The notes beneath the pieces are model-generated. The model saw nothing but the letters and a program-made list of their open reading frames with translations, was not told the DNA's origin and ran no database searches. From assembly GCA_905178155.1 (NCBI GenBank), contig CAJINV010000004.1, positions 4,071,555 through 4,135,554 on the forward strand: a stretch of DNA of 64,000 nucleotides. Direction: 5' to 3'. This document shows, one piece after another, positions 25,414 through 38,671 of this stretch (the stretch's first letter is position 1; each line of letters begins with the position of its first letter). This DNA is from Amoebophrya sp. A120 (taxonomy: Eukaryota > Protista > Dinoflagellata). The position numbers and the translations under genes are program-made.

Positions 25414-26616
25414 GTGACCCCCGGCGGAACGCGCCCAGCTTTCTGCAGGGTGCGGTGGATCTCGACTCGAGAAGTAGGACGATAGAATTCTACCTTTCTT
25501 GCAGTAGAACTAGCTTTGCTGCGCCGGAGTCAGGGAGGTGATGGGTACTTTCTCTATATGAAGAGGGCGAATTTTTATTAACATTCACAAAGATAAACTT
25601 AAACATAAAGTCTTTTTGTAGTTATCGAACAGCATCTTATCTGCGACTGATATGTGGATGTCCTAAGTTCAGAGTGGTTTATGCCTTTAGTGACATTTGC
25701 ATAAACATGATGTGTCGCTTCCGTGCTTTTTCAGTTCCTGTACGATGTTTCTGCACGATCGAATTTTATAGAACTAAAAAATTAAGATTAACATTAAGCG
25801 GTCTGGTCGCAAACCGGCACCTTCGATGTTGTGCGTCGCGCTCACGTACGGGCAACGAGGCATATATCGCCTGCCTGAAGCTTTTAAACAAGCGTAACCA
25901 CAGACATAGTCTTCCTATTGCAGTTTGTAGAATTATGTTGCACCAGTTTTTCTTGACGATGACGTACGTGTAGAATAAATTGTCGCCAGGAGGGTGGTGT
26001 CTACAACTTTTTGTTCTAGTTTGTATGTACGATGTTGAAAATTGAAATTTATGACTCGAGGAAGTGCTGCTAATTATCACCATACTTCTGTGCTAGTGCT
26101 TGATGTGCGCGGAGTACGCCTGCACACGACGATCATCTGGCAGAAGAACTACGTGCTGCCCGCCACATCTCGTCGCGCCGGCTGTTGCTGTTCGCAAAGT
26201 TGTGGTCGTCACCAAGCTGCAGAAGTGAACCTGACAGGCGGTGCATCTCGAAGATCACTTGTAACCCAGATGCGTCTTTGTGGTCATGCACGTAGCATTT
26301 GATCATCTAGATGACGCGATCAGCATTATGCTTCTGCAGTAGTTTTCGGGCGTGCTAATGTGTCTACTGCTAGAAGAAGAAGATCCGTTCTTTTGTTATT
26401 GTTTCATTTTGATTATATGTCTTTTTCTCGGACAGGACGTCGATGGACGACGACGAGTTTTACTTGGTTAATACATGTTTCTGTTTGGTGTCCATGCAAC
26501 AGCACCTGATTGAGTTGACGGAGTACATATCTGAAAGCACAAAATAAAGTGATACTGATATCAACCAACAGTAACAAGTGAACAAGCCTGTGCGTGACGG
26601 ACACAGAAAAAAAAAA

Positions 26617-29313
26617 ATGGCGGAAGCAGGCGGTGATCGCGGAGTACAACAAGGAGATGTCGCAGATCGCGCATCTACTCCCGAAGTACCGAATCGAGGA
26701 GGACCCGGAAGTAGCCGCTTCTTCGACGATACTGCTACTACCTCTTCTGCGGCGGCGCAAGGTCAACCCGCGCAACTGGACCGCTCAGTGGCCGCTTCAA
26801 AAGACAACTGCAAAATGAAAAACAAAAACGACACGCGACGAGATCAAGATTTCCACGACGAAGGAAAAGAATCGGATTTTCCTTTGCGGAAGAGAATCTG
26901 TGCGGGGGAAGGTGGTCGAGGCAGCATTTCTGGTAGCGGCTATAAAAAAAAAAATCAAGATCAACCAAAAAAAATAAAAAAGGAGGCACACGAGGACGAC
27001 AAGAACAACAGGGAGGGGATTGCTGCAGCTGGCGCTGCTGCTGTAGTCCTAATCGCTGACTCTACTGCTCGTACTCCAGCACCACGGGTTTTCAAAGTTA
27101 ACTTTGGGCTCGGTGGTGAAACGGTTGTTGAATTCACGGAGTCTGAAATCAACGATATTCTGCAGCTTCCGCCGCCTAAACAACCTGATTCATCTTCATC
27201 TGGCGGAGCATCTGACTCGCCCGGCGACACCGGCACCGCTGCGCAACCCGATGGTGATGGAGAGGATGCCCTAGCCCCACTTGTTGGTGAGAATGTTGCG
27301 CCTTCATCTGATGCGCCAGAAGATTCTAGGCCTCCATCTGCTGAGGAGATGATTGCGCGGAGATTTTTCTTCGCCTTCTCGAAAAAGATTGAAAACACGC
27401 TCGTACCGCTGGCCGTCCGCATGGGCCCGTCTCTGGAAACTGATTGCCTGCCGAGAGAGTGGTTCTTGGTAGTTGACCCTGCGACAGACAGCGAGCTCGC
27501 AACCGCCGCAGATTTGGTGCCCGCACTCTGGAACTTCGTCTCGTCGAAGCCGATTAGCAAAGAACGTCCTGACACGAGCACACCAGCGTCAAACGCAGAA
27601 GATGACGAGCACGCTCGCGCAGCATCAAATTGTATTGCTTTCCGTACGTATTCCGAGGACAACATCGTGGGAAGAAGTTCGCCGGCGGTTCCAAAACAGC
27701 AAAGTCAGAACAGCTGCAGGGAACTAGCAGAGGGCAGCACTTCGGCTGTGCTACAGAGCGGCACCTCCATAAAAAGACAGCAATGTGACGACCAAGACAT
27801 GGAGGACGAGGGCGACCCTGCTGATTGTGATGCTTGTTCCTGCGGTCCACCTGATGAAGCAGGCCCTCGCCTCGTCATAACCCTACGACACGTCGCCGGC
27901 ACGGGATACGGTTTCGAACAGATTGTGCTAAGGGCCCGCGCCAGCAAGGAGGTATGGGACGGCATCTTCCAAGCGATTGCGTTAATGATTCTTGCGCCGG
28001 AGGTTCTCCTTGTCGAAAGATACTGTCCCTGGCAATTACGCTTAATGGAGGTGTCCCAGATCGAAGAATGGGAGACGGAGAAACTTCGGTACTGGCTGGA
28101 AAGAATGTGCAGCGAGGGTGATATCCGGCAGCTGATTCTTTCGAGTCCCAAAGTTCTTGGCGCCTACTTTTACGACAAAGTGAATTTTGGTAGCATCCTC
28201 CCCGTAACGCACGCTCTCCGCTTCTCAAGTTTAAATAGGGGAGATGTAGTGGAACGCGGTAAAAATAGTGATTACGAAGGACAGCGGATAGCACTGAAGG
28301 CTCGACGGCTGCTAGTCGAGACCCTAACTGTTGATGTCGACATTGCGGAGCAAATTTCCGAAGTAAACGAAGTGTTCGGCGAAGTAATAGTGGAGGATTT
28401 CAGTGAGGCGAAAGAAGTATATTGGAGCGACGACGATGGCGAGCTGTCCGACACCAGCGACAGCCGAGGAAGTCGTGTCGATGTCATATATCTGACAGAC
28501 TACTGCATCAGCGTGCTTGAGTTTCAGCAAGCGCATTGTCGGGTGACGTTTGATCACATCGCGGCCGCGGCTCTTCCTTCAACACCAGCCTCAAGCACCG
28601 CCGAAGGACCAGCACCGCCGGAAGACCAGCATCGCCGGCGGAACACGAGCATCTGCCTCAGGGACACTATGCAAGGGTTGACACATCATGCGACTCGGGT
28701 GCTGAGACATGTTGACAACAGCACCGGGCTTTCGCCTTTCGCGCGAAGTTTAATCCTCGCCCGGACGAACGGCGCTATTTACATCCACGCCAAGTTCTTT
28801 ATTTTGGAGTTGCTCAAACTGGAGCTGCAGAGAGGAGCACTAACGGGTGAAGATGCGAAAAGCAAAAGCATGGCTCTTCGAATCTTTCTTCTTCTTCGAA
28901 TCGGCGCTGGGTGTCTGCGATCGCAGCACAAAAAGGAAGATGACGACCCGTTTACAGCAACTGCGGCAATCTCCACAGTTCAAAAGCTCATCGACGCAGG
29001 TGCCGACGTAAACGCGACACTCGGACGAGGCGACGACCCCGGTCGATTGCTCATAGCCACATCAACATATACCCCGCGGCCGTGGGCACCGACACGCTTC
29101 GAGTTTGGAGACAGGACAGCTCGGCTTGCTTTGCAACCAGAAGACAGTCCGTTTTGTCTTTCCTACGATAAAGAACTAGCAACAGCGGTTCTGGCGGATG
29201 GCTGCCGACCCCTGCCGCTTGCCCTGGTGCTCGGAAGCGAGGAGATTTGCGAGGCTTTGGCGCTTGCCGGAGCGTCCTGCCAAGACGTTTCACCTGACAC
29301 GAATACGAAGTGA
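26617..29313 (+). CDS. Hypothetical protein (~900 aa) with degenerate C-terminal ankyrin-like repeats
   Basis: Long intronless ORF, first ATG at 26617; VQKLIDAGADVNA and PLPLALVLGSEEICEALALAGA resemble ankyrin repeats. Confidence 0.7.
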   Translation: MAEAGGDRGVQQGDVADRASTPEVPNRGGPGSSRFFDDTATTSSAAAQGQPAQLDRSVAASKDNCKMKNKNDTRRDQDFHDEGKESDFPLRKRICAGEGGRGSISGSGYKKKNQDQPKKIKKEAHEDDKNNREGIAAAGAAAVVLIADSTARTPAPRVFKVNFGLGGETVVEFTESEINDILQLPPPKQPDSSSSGGASDSPGDTGTAAQPDGDGEDALAPLVGENVAPSSDAPEDSRPPSAEEMIARRFFFAFSKKIENTLVPLAVRMGPSLETDCLPREWFLVVDPATDSELATAADLVPALWNFVSSKPISKERPDTSTPASNAEDDEHARAASNCIAFRTYSEDNIVGRSSPAVPKQQSQNSCRELAEGSTSAVLQSGTSIKRQQCDDQDMEDEGDPADCDACSCGPPDEAGPRLVITLRHVAGTGYGFEQIVLRARASKEVWDGIFQAIALMILAPEVLLVERYCPWQLRLMEVSQIEEWETEKLRYWLERMCSEGDIRQLILSSPKVLGAYFYDKVNFGSILPVTHALRFSSLNRGDVVERGKNSDYEGQRIALKARRLLVETLTVDVDIAEQISEVNEVFGEVIVEDFSEAKEVYWSDDDGELSDTSDSRGSRVDVIYLTDYCISVLEFQQAHCRVTFDHIAAAALPSTPASSTAEGPAPPEDQHRRRNTSICLRDTMQGLTHHATRVLRHVDNSTGLSPFARSLILARTNGAIYIHAKFFILELLKLELQRGALTGEDAKSKSMALRIFLLLRIGAGCLRSQHKKEDDDPFTATAAISTVQKLIDAGADVNATLGRGDDPGRLLIATSTYTPRPWAPTRFEFGDRTARLALQPEDSPFCLSYDKELATAVLADGCRPLPLALVLGSEEICEALALAGASCQDVSPDTNTK

Positions 29314-30669
29314 AAAAGGACGGCATCTTCAGCATTCTCATCTGGCTTCACTCCACTATTTCAGTAATTCTGGTGCAACTTCTGGCTGCCAGGATGCATA
29401 TTTTCCACTCCGTTGTCCAGACGCAGATTAGGCACGCTGCGATGTTGGTGGAACAATTGCATGTTGCTCCAAATCTGGAGAAATCTACTAGCACCCTTGT
29501 GCTGACTCAGGCACAGAAAGTGAACTGTAGCGGAAATGATCTGCAGCTAGATCTACTAGTATTAGCGTACAAATAATTGCACTACGTTGTATTTGCAGCT
29601 TCTACCTAGTCCCTGAGGTGGAGATCGTCGAAGGGATGTTGGAGCTGAAGATGGACACTTTCATCGCTTCATACGGAAAGATATTCTTCGCCGCAAATGC
29701 CCGCCGCAGTTACAAAAGTACATCGGAGAAGAGGGGGACGCAAACCCAAACGCGCCGGCTGGTCCCGCACTCATTACTCGCTCTTGAAAAGGTTGCTGCA
29801 TCGATTCCGAAGTGATTAAGCTTCTATTCATGTCAATCCTCGCTCACAAATTGACGGCCACGACTTTTGATAAAAATGCTCATTTCCTTTCTTGACATTG
29901 ATTCCCATTTATATCTCATTTCTGAAAGTCCGTTCAGAACATAATTTTTGCGCAGAAGCGAAACAAATCTCTGTCCGTGGTACTTTATGCTCCCGACGCA
30001 TGATGTCCGGGCAGCGACTACAGGGTCAGGGAATCGATATTGCATGAGCTGCCCTTTGTTCATCTTCGCAACATTATGGGTGCAAAGTTGCAACGAGTCC
30101 GATACAAGCCAAATGGACATTTCTTATCGGTGTAGCTTCTGTCTCGCAGGCATAACTCCTGTCTCTAACATTAACACTCGATCAAGACATGGGAATTTGC
30201 TCATGATGCGAACGACATCATGGGTGAGATTTGCTTGTCTCTGAGACTCAAGCGGCGCCAAGTTGAGGATCAGTTCCGATTGCAGCTGCTAGGAAGATGT
30301 CGACGCGCAAAAGATATACGAAGAAGAACATCAAGATATTAATTAAGGATCTAAGTAGTAAGGAAGTATGTGGTTGCTGAGGAATTCGATCTCGATCTGT
30401 ACGTCGAGTTGATGTGTTGTTCCATTAGATTTTCTATTACAGCGATAGCGATACAGCACACGGACCACAAACGTGTCGGTGTCCACTCACATCTCATAAT
30501 TTTGCTTTAAGTACTTATTTTCATTCACTCTTTTCCTTTTTTCAAATTTTCGACATTTCCTACTCGCTCCTACACTTACTGTTGAAGACACACGATACTA
30601 AAAGCGCTCATCGCCAAGGCCAACACGCACTTGTTGTGAAGAACCGGACATCAAGTAGAAGACAAAAAG

Positions 30670-31887
30670 ATGAAGAGCAAGTCTCTGACCACCCGCCGCA
30701 AATTCGCCGCCACGGCGGCCACACTTGTGGCTTTACAGCCTACGGTTGGCGTCCACGCCTTTTTTGGTTGGGTGTGGGGAGGAGAGGGCGAAGATGAGCA
30801 TGTGCATGGGAGCGAAGTAATCCCGGCCTCGTCGATGATCCCTGAAGGTGTTGATGAACATCACAACTCCAATGAACAAGCTGTTCACGCCCAACCGCAC
30901 GTCGCCTTCGAACAAGCGACGAGCAAAGAACACACGCGCGACTGTACAACCTGCCGTTCCCTAACGATGTCGTGGCTGGCCGAGGTGATGTCCTCCTGCA
31001 CGAGCCGAGATAAGAGCAGCGACTGTGCAGCTTCCGACGACGGCAGTCTCAGTCCCCATGACAATGATGCTGACAAGTGGTCGGTGGCAAGCTGGGTGCG
31101 TGGAGAGCTGGATACCCCTCCGCCGGGAAATTTTGATTCAGGCGAAGATCATACACATGCAGCTCACGCGGACCACGAACATGCCGCTGCAGAATTAGCC
31201 GCACCCGGAGATGATCACGATCGCCATGAGGAAGAGAGCAGCCATGGTTGGTTTTCCTTTCCCGGCTTTTCGTTCTTCGGAGGTGGTGAAACTCAAACTC
31301 CAACTTCTACTAATGAACACGCAGAACAACAAGACTCCGTTCCCTTCCCCGACCACCACGGTGGGACCATTTTCTCATCCCTCTTCGAAAAGGAGGAAAA
31401 ACACACTGACACCGTTGACAGCATCTACAACGCGACGGCCAGTTGGGGGGATATTGACAACCTGAAGCATACGGTGCCGGACGCGGATATTGTGCCGGAG
31501 GCCGAGCCTTGGTTCCACCTTTCGTCAAACGATACCGATGACGAAGCGGAGGCCGAGGACGGCGCCAGCGCGAAGGAGGTGGTGCAAGAAGAACTACATC
31601 CTGCTGTTCAGGAGGAAGAGCAAGAACATGCTGACGTTGCTGGAACTGACCACGACACAGCGTCCTCTACTCCTGACGAGGAGCACCACGAGGACAAGGT
31701 GTGGGGTTGGTTCAACAACGTGGATGTTGACGAGAAGGAGCATCAGGATGCCACGTCCTCGGAACATGGTTCATCTGGGTCGTCCACATCCGCCGGCGCC
31801 GAGACCGGCAGTGATGTCGACTCGCCAGCGACGACTCCACCGACCTCACCGAGCCTGCAGGCAGCTGGAGTCGGTAACATGATCTGA
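30670..31887 (+). CDS. Hypothetical secreted His/Asp/Glu-rich protein (405 aa)
   Basis: Intronless ORF; signal-peptide-like N-terminus ending PTVGVHA; C..MSWLAEVMSSC motif; recurrent GW(F/V) patches. Confidence 0.75.
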   Translation: MKSKSLTTRRKFAATAATLVALQPTVGVHAFFGWVWGGEGEDEHVHGSEVIPASSMIPEGVDEHHNSNEQAVHAQPHVAFEQATSKEHTRDCTTCRSLTMSWLAEVMSSCTSRDKSSDCAASDDGSLSPHDNDADKWSVASWVRGELDTPPPGNFDSGEDHTHAAHADHEHAAAELAAPGDDHDRHEEESSHGWFSFPGFSFFGGGETQTPTSTNEHAEQQDSVPFPDHHGGTIFSSLFEKEEKHTDTVDSIYNATASWGDIDNLKHTVPDADIVPEAEPWFHLSSNDTDDEAEAEDGASAKEVVQEELHPAVQEEEQEHADVAGTDHDTASSTPDEEHHEDKVWGWFNNVDVDEKEHQDATSSEHGSSGSSTSAGAETGSDVDSPATTPPTSPSLQAAGVGNMI

Positions 31888-33219
31888 GAAAGTAAGCGGG
31901 GGCAGTTGGATTGTGCTGTAGCTGGTGTAGGACGTCGCAGACCACCTCTCTTAACCAGCAGCGCATACCATACATACGCATAGCATGATAAGCATAAGGC
32001 ATTTTTTTGATCAACACAAGGTAAGCACCTGGAAAACATGACAACTACGCTTTGCTGTGCTTGTACAATGTTCTTGCAAAGGCTGAAACATATGTTCATT
32101 AGAATTATCATAGCATGATCCATCAACACGAAAAGTCTGCTCCCTAAGCTCCATACTGGAATCTACAAAAAAAACGTCTTCAACATGACCGTTCGATTAA
32201 AGCATTACGCGCCATCACGACTAAAACTCGATGCCGTCTGTACGTCACCAGCATCACGCTCTTCAGGAGCTTTGATTTACGCACATGTTACTGAATCAGC
32301 TGACCACAACCTGGAAACAATAACAAATGGATCGTGCCGCACCAGACATAATCCATTCATAATTTCCATGGTAGTGTAATCCGGTTCCCGTTTGAGCTAC
32401 AGTACCGCACTTGTTCATACCAGCTCGACCACCTGTTAGCCATGATACGACCACACATAACAAGCTACTTTTGATTTTGCCCTAGAGATAGAAGTACTTC
32501 CCCGTGCATATTTTACTGAATCTTGTACGATTGGAGGACATATTTTTGATGTCTTGATAGATAGAATGTCATTACACCTATTTCATCTAGGACAACGGCA
32601 ACGCTGCAACACAATGTTGCAAGCAAACTTCCTGTCCTTTAGACCTGTTTTTTTACGGACAGAAAATGACTGTAAGATTGATACATACGAAACCGATAGA
32701 AGATGTAAAATACAGCCGCGCTGCCGCTACTGCCGGCACCGCTGTGGCATGACGAAATGAGCTCTTCCTTTTTTTTAAGATTTCTGTATGTCGTCGCTCA
32801 TGCCTTTTCAGCATGATACGATGAAGCCTCAAAAACCGCAGAAGCACTGTGAAGGCTTCAAAAACGCAGATAAGAGGGCGCCACTAGTTGCCCCTTTAAT
32901 GCACCTCCTATCATGATATGCGCAAACCAAAGCACAGCTTTGAACGAAGTTGGGCAGCATCCAACTCCAACATAAAAGGATGTATACGATGCAGATCGCG
33001 ATGTTCGTACGTAGAACCTAGGATGAGTGAAAGTGAAACACTGAGCGGCGAGATGAACCCAATCGCAATGACTGTCCTCCTTACGAGTGGAGAAGAAAGT
33101 AAAGCAACGAGAAGACTCAGTATCCTTGATGCATCAGATCCTGATGAATTTATTTCGCTGGACGAAATCTTCACTACTAACTCGTTTCTTTATAGTCCAT
33201 CGTTCACTCGTCCACAATA

Positions 33220-36200
33220 ATGCGTGGCTCATCCGGTCCTCCGCCCGGACGAGGCTCCTCGGATGGGCGCTCGTCCAAACCGCAGCGGCCCTCCGACCAG
33301 AGCCGACGCCGTGAACGGCCGGCGATTACACCACAGGACGAGTTCCCGCCACCTGGTGGTCCGTCCTCTCGTAGTATGAAACCTGGAGGATCTTCCTCAC
33401 GGTCGTCTCCTACGAAATATGACAGCAATAATCGGTCTTCAAGGGCAGGTGGTCGGGATCAACAAGCCGCGCCGCCCGAAGTGGACCACTACGCATTGCA
33501 AGCGTCGCCGCAACTCCGCTCCTCGGCTGCGCCGCCAGCCGCGGATGACGACGATCTGGAGGTGGATTATGATGATGATTTCGAGGACGCCAGCGATGAC
33601 GACGGCCAAACCTACGCACCCACGATCACGCAACCGGAGGTGAAGGCCCGACCGCCCTCCGCCGGCGGCATGATTTCGGCGGTGACAAGGCCTTTAAGCG
33701 CGAAAGCGCCGCCGATGATGGCGGGTAGTGGTCACCAGCAGCAACAGAATATGAATAATTACCGGGTACCCGCACCCGCAGCAGGTCCAGTTGTGAACGA
33801 CATCTCCGCCATCAAACAAGCGATGGAACAGGAACGAGCTACCGCGGCGCCGACCCAACAGGCACTACAGGCCGCGAAACAGCAGCAGATGCTGGAGGAA
33901 CAGGAGAAGCAAAAGCGGTTTCAGCAGATGCAGCAAGCGCAGCAAGCCGCGGCAATAAATCATGCGAAACAAGCATCGATCGTGAGTGGCTCTAGTTCTA
34001 CCTCTTACCAGCAGCGAGAAGACAATTATACCAGACAGTCCGTTATTTCGCCGAAATCTAGTCCGCCGGTGCGTCCGGTGGTTTTGACCACCACCAACTA
34101 CACCGCCGGCGTGCAGGAACTGTCCACCGTGGAGAAGCAGCAGCGGAACAAACGGGCGACGGAGCTGCGGGCTTTGATCGGGTCGAAATTAAACGTGGAA
34201 AAGCACGACTTGTTTTCGCAACGGCCGCAGCGGCGCCTGGAAATGTTTCTCCAGTCGCGCGGGCCGTATTCGTTCGCAGTGAGCAAGGGAATTCAAACCG
34301 GGGAGGAACTTCTGGAAGAAGGAGCACAGACGGAGCAGGAGATCGGTTTGGATAAGGAAACGCAGTGCCCCATGCTCGGTGGGACAGGATCTTCTTCGTC
34401 GGGCGGTGTCGGCGGGGGAGCAAGTAGTACTGGCGCGGGCACCACGAATAGTACCTCTGCCAGTACTGACCCGGGCCAGAACCAGGGTGACGCGGCAGTT
34501 TCCACCTCGTCTGGTGCCCTCGAGCAGCCGTTGGAGCAGCAGGCGAGGCTGTTGCCGTTTCTGCGACGCGTGTTCCCGCTGGTGGATGCGTCGTTGAAGA
34601 ACAAAAACCGGAATAACAAGGGGAAGTCCGGACAGAAACAGGCGGGGTTGAAGGACGGAGTCGATGCGAGCAAGCTGGTATCGACGATTTTATTCTAGTG
34701 CTAGCGCAAGTAGATTCAGACGTGAAACACTTAGGTTTTTGCGATTCTAAGTGCGTGAATTTCAATTTTTATGATATTTTTCGACCCGTTCCCGATCCCG
34801 TCCTCGCAATTTATCACAACTAAGTAAATCGAACTACCATCAGGTCGCCACTCTCACCCTGGATCTCGGAACACCAGTGGGCGCGAAGGCCATTTCCGGG
34901 TATTTGGGTGCTCCGCATTTGCTGGTGCTTTTCGACATGGCCTCCACGGCCTGGTTTCAGTCCGTTGTCGCCGTCTACCCGACCTCCGGCGGGGTTCCGT
35001 CAAAAGACGCAAAACCCACCCGCGTGTTCTTCAGTTTCGAACGCATCACCTGTTTCGACTACTGCAGCAGCAGTACGATCGTGGTCGCCGGGACGGCCGC
35101 GGGGAGTCTTCTCTTGTTTGACATGAAGACAGTTCCGAAGCGGAATGTTGTGGGGACGAGGATCGCCGCGAATGTCGAACAGCAAGCTGGAGTGCAGCTC
35201 GCGACGTCTTCAATGAAGCAACTGACCGTGAATGGTGGGGAGCAAATTTCTGTGGAGCCGGAGAATCCCAGCTTCTCCTCGGACATTTTTGCGCTGCAGC
35301 TCTTCGACGACTTGGATATCATGGACACAGAGGACGAAACCGCCCGGCCCTTCCTCGCGGAGATCGCTTCCATTACCGTGACAAACGACTTGGTGTTCTG
35401 TCTCGACATTGACGGCGCGGTGACTACTTGGCGGATTCTGAGCATTAAACAGGGGGAAACCAGACTCGTGTACACGGGGCCGCAGAAGTACGGAAAAAGC
35501 GGCGCTGGGAGCACGAAAGTAGTGGCGATCCCCCGGGAGATCTCCCCCCACAACGTTGCAGCGTATTTAACGCTCGGCTGTACAAGTGCGGAAATCCGGG
35601 TCACGAGCTCGTCCTTCGCAGGATCTGGTACCGGTTCCTCCTTCGCCTCCCAGTTCAACTTGACGGATCTGCTGTCCGCGAACTCTTCAAATTTGATCCC
35701 GAATAACTGCTGCTTCCACCCGTTCTTACCGAGCCTGTTTCTCGTTTGCTATTTAAGTGGCGATTTAGCCCTGTTCAACATGACACTGGGTGTTCCAATC
35801 ATGCATTGGCCGGCGAGTAGTTCATCATCATCTTCCGGAGCTGGTCGGGGACAAGTTGCTGGCGCTTCCCGCCACACGGCAACCTGCTTAGACGTGACGT
35901 GGTCCACCGTGCGCCCGACGGTGTTCTTCGTGTTGACGCTGGAAGCCGTGGAAGTGTGGGACTTGGCGCTGAACAGTTCGCAGGCCATGAAAACGATCAC
36001 GTTTTTACCGATATCAAAATTTACTTCTCCGTTGCAGAACTGGTGTCTGTCCGTGTTGCCGGAATCGGGTCTGCCGGTTGTGTGCTGCAGCTGCACAGGA
36101 GGTAAGAACTACAGTAAAGGTACGACAAGACAGAATCTTCAAGACGCTCAACAAGGTTCTTTCGCAGGCCGGGTCTTCGTTCTCCAGCTGGAGGAGCAGT

Positions 36201-36394
36201 TCGTGAATCCGCTGTCGGCGTACCCGGCGGAAAAACCGCATTTGCAAAACAACAAACTGTTTGACTCCTCCAATAACCTCTTCGACGCTCGAAACAAGGA
36301 CGCGCTGGCTTACATGCGGAAAGTGCTCGACGGGAAGAACAAAAGCACGAATCTGGAAATCGACATCTTGCACAAGGTGCTACTAACGGCATGA
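33220..36394 (+). CDS. DYNC2I1: WDR60/DYNC2I1 (FAP163)-like cytoplasmic dynein-2 intermediate chain (~1000 aa)
   Basis: YDDDFED acidic motif, KRATELRALI helix, light-chain-binding-type GIQT/AQTE/ETQCP motifs and C-terminal WD40 repeats (FHPFLPSLFL, WSTVRPTVFF..VEVWDL). One GT-AG intron at 34678-34843 joins the two ORFs in frame. Confidence 0.72.
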
Positions 36395-37000
36395 TGAAAC
36401 AGTGGGGCGGTTGCGCATTTTTGTGCACTCCTTGTTGTATGTGGTCCTGAGGCTGATGTCCTTCACGGTAGTGTCTATAAACAGAAAGACATTGACATGC
36501 TATACGTTCTTCACGTTCAGCGGCATAAGGTGAAAAATTTCGGCAATTGCTGCGTGCTAGCGTCGATGCATTTTTCACCGCGGCAACGGGATACCTCTGG
36601 TGACTATGCGCTTCTTGTGTTTGTGTCTCTTGTCTCGAGATGAGTGAGAGGAAGTGAGTTGAAAGGCGTTCGCTTGAGAAGTTGTTCCTTGATGAACTTC
36701 TAGTTCCCTCGCTGTCGTCGACGAGGTAGAGCGGCAGACAGAGCAGAAAAAACAAAGAGACACATTGTCGTTGACGAGCGCCTGTGGATGTTGACTTCTC
36801 TGAAGCAAAGATGAAAAAGTTTCACGTCTTGTCGTGTCCGTGAGTAGTTACTGAATCAATGATATTATATAGCAAAAAACGGAACCAAGACCAACTGTGG
36901 CTGCCGAAAAACACGGCAAGATGAACAACCCTGAATTGTAAGTATCCGCAACAGCACAGTACGTAGAACTTCTACAACGAAAAAATCAACCAAGAAGAAA

Positions 37001-38671
37001 ATGCAGCAACAGCGCCCCCAGATCGCGGATATCGAGAACAACCGCGGGAATGGCCCAGGCTACAGTGCCATGCCCGGGTCCTCCCAGGGCCTTTTTGCCG
37101 ACCCGCTTGGGATCCGGAATAGAAGAAGCTCGACAGGAAGTACTTCTAACGCCAACAACGATCCAGGAGCGAACGATTCCTCGAAGACGAAGATGCCCGG
37201 TACGCGCAAGTCTTTCAGCGATCACGACCGACAGCGCCAGACCTACAACAGGATCATGGCAAAATCCATGGCTGCTGGGAACAGTAACCAGGGGTCAGTC
37301 CCGTCCACAGGGAGCCAACTGAACAACGAAGGTCCAACAAGTGGAGCGCAGCAGGGCGGACTCGATTTGTCCTTCGCTGGATCAAATGCAAATGGCGGAA
37401 CAGGGGCGAAAAAAGGAGTAGACGTAAGCCGGTACGTCCAGGCGCAAAATCAGCCACAGGGCTATCGCTTCAGCGGGCAAACGACCTCGACTTCTGCCGG
37501 TGCTGCCAACATGCGCGGAGGTGCTGGTGCGGGAGGAGCGACATCAACAGCTGCTACACCGCCTAGCGATGCTGTTGCTGGTAATTTGAACAGAGGAATG
37601 AATAACCAGCAGCAACTCATCCAGGCCGTCCCTCGGAGCGGTCGCAGCGCCCGATACCGCGAGGCGGAAAAAGAGAGCCTGTTTGACTGGTCGGCGGTCG
37701 CCAACTGCTGCGGTTTGCGAGACCGTGACATACCGGCTGAAGTGGTAGCTGCGAACAACAATAACCCAATGTCGCTGCAATCATCCCAACCGAGAATGAA
37801 CAACCAGGTTACTACAACTACGGGCAGTGAGTTGAACGCGTCAAGGCAAGAGAACTACGGGGACAGCATCTTTCGCAGTGGCAGATTCGCAACCTCTACC
37901 GAGGCATCGAAAACCGCAACTGCAAACGACCCGAGCAATTTACTCGGCTATTGGCAGGAGGAGGACGAGAGTGATCTGGAGGCACAGAACAAGGAGCGGC
38001 AGAAGTTGGCCGCGAAAATCGACGCGCAGTTTAAGTCGCAGGATAATATGAAGGGAGAAACAAGTGCAGAAAGCAAAGCTGCTGCGGAGGCGAAGGCGAG
38101 CGCGGCGAAGAAAGAGGCCGCGGCGGGGAGCAGCAAGTCGCTGAAGCAGGAGCAGGAAGCGAGGAGCAAGCTGTACAACCCGCTATCATCCGGCGGAACT
38201 ACGCCGTTCAAGTGGCCAGCCTGGGCCCTCAGCAAGCGACCAGGTATGACGTGGTTGAGTTGGGCAATGTTTCAAAACTAACAAGAAGTGCCAGCAGCGT
38301 TTACTTGATATTCGCTATTGCGGCGTACTTGAACTTTATATACATCGTGCTGAAATCAACATTTGTGTAATTTGTTCACCGATTCGCATTCGCCTTCGCG
38401 CAGCATGCCTGTCCACTTCACATTGACAAACTCAGGTCTTTTGGAAGTGCGTGTCGTGGACGATGAGCATCCGAGTGGGGTGCCGCAAGTGCAGTGGCTG
38501 ATCGGGATTCCGAAGCAGAGAGTCGTGGACGAGTCGGGGGCGGACGCGTTTCTGCTCTGCGAATACGACTGGCACGGCGAACGCTTCGAGGAAGACTTTC
38601 CTCCGAGCAGCGTGCGCCGGGCGGGGCAGAAGGAAACCGTGGCGGACCTTTGGCAGTCGGGGGAAATGTAA
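37001..38671 (+). CDS. Hypothetical protein (~490 aa), disordered N-terminus plus small beta-rich C-terminal domain
   Basis: GT-AG intron 38244-38435 joins ORF 37001 to ORF 38363 in frame (KRPG-LLEVRVVDD...EYDWHGERFEEDF). Confidence 0.7.

Noticed and set aside
29600-33200. Short ORFs in intergenic stretches (29833-30244, 32554-33220)
   Set aside because: No coding-like composition or recognisable homology.
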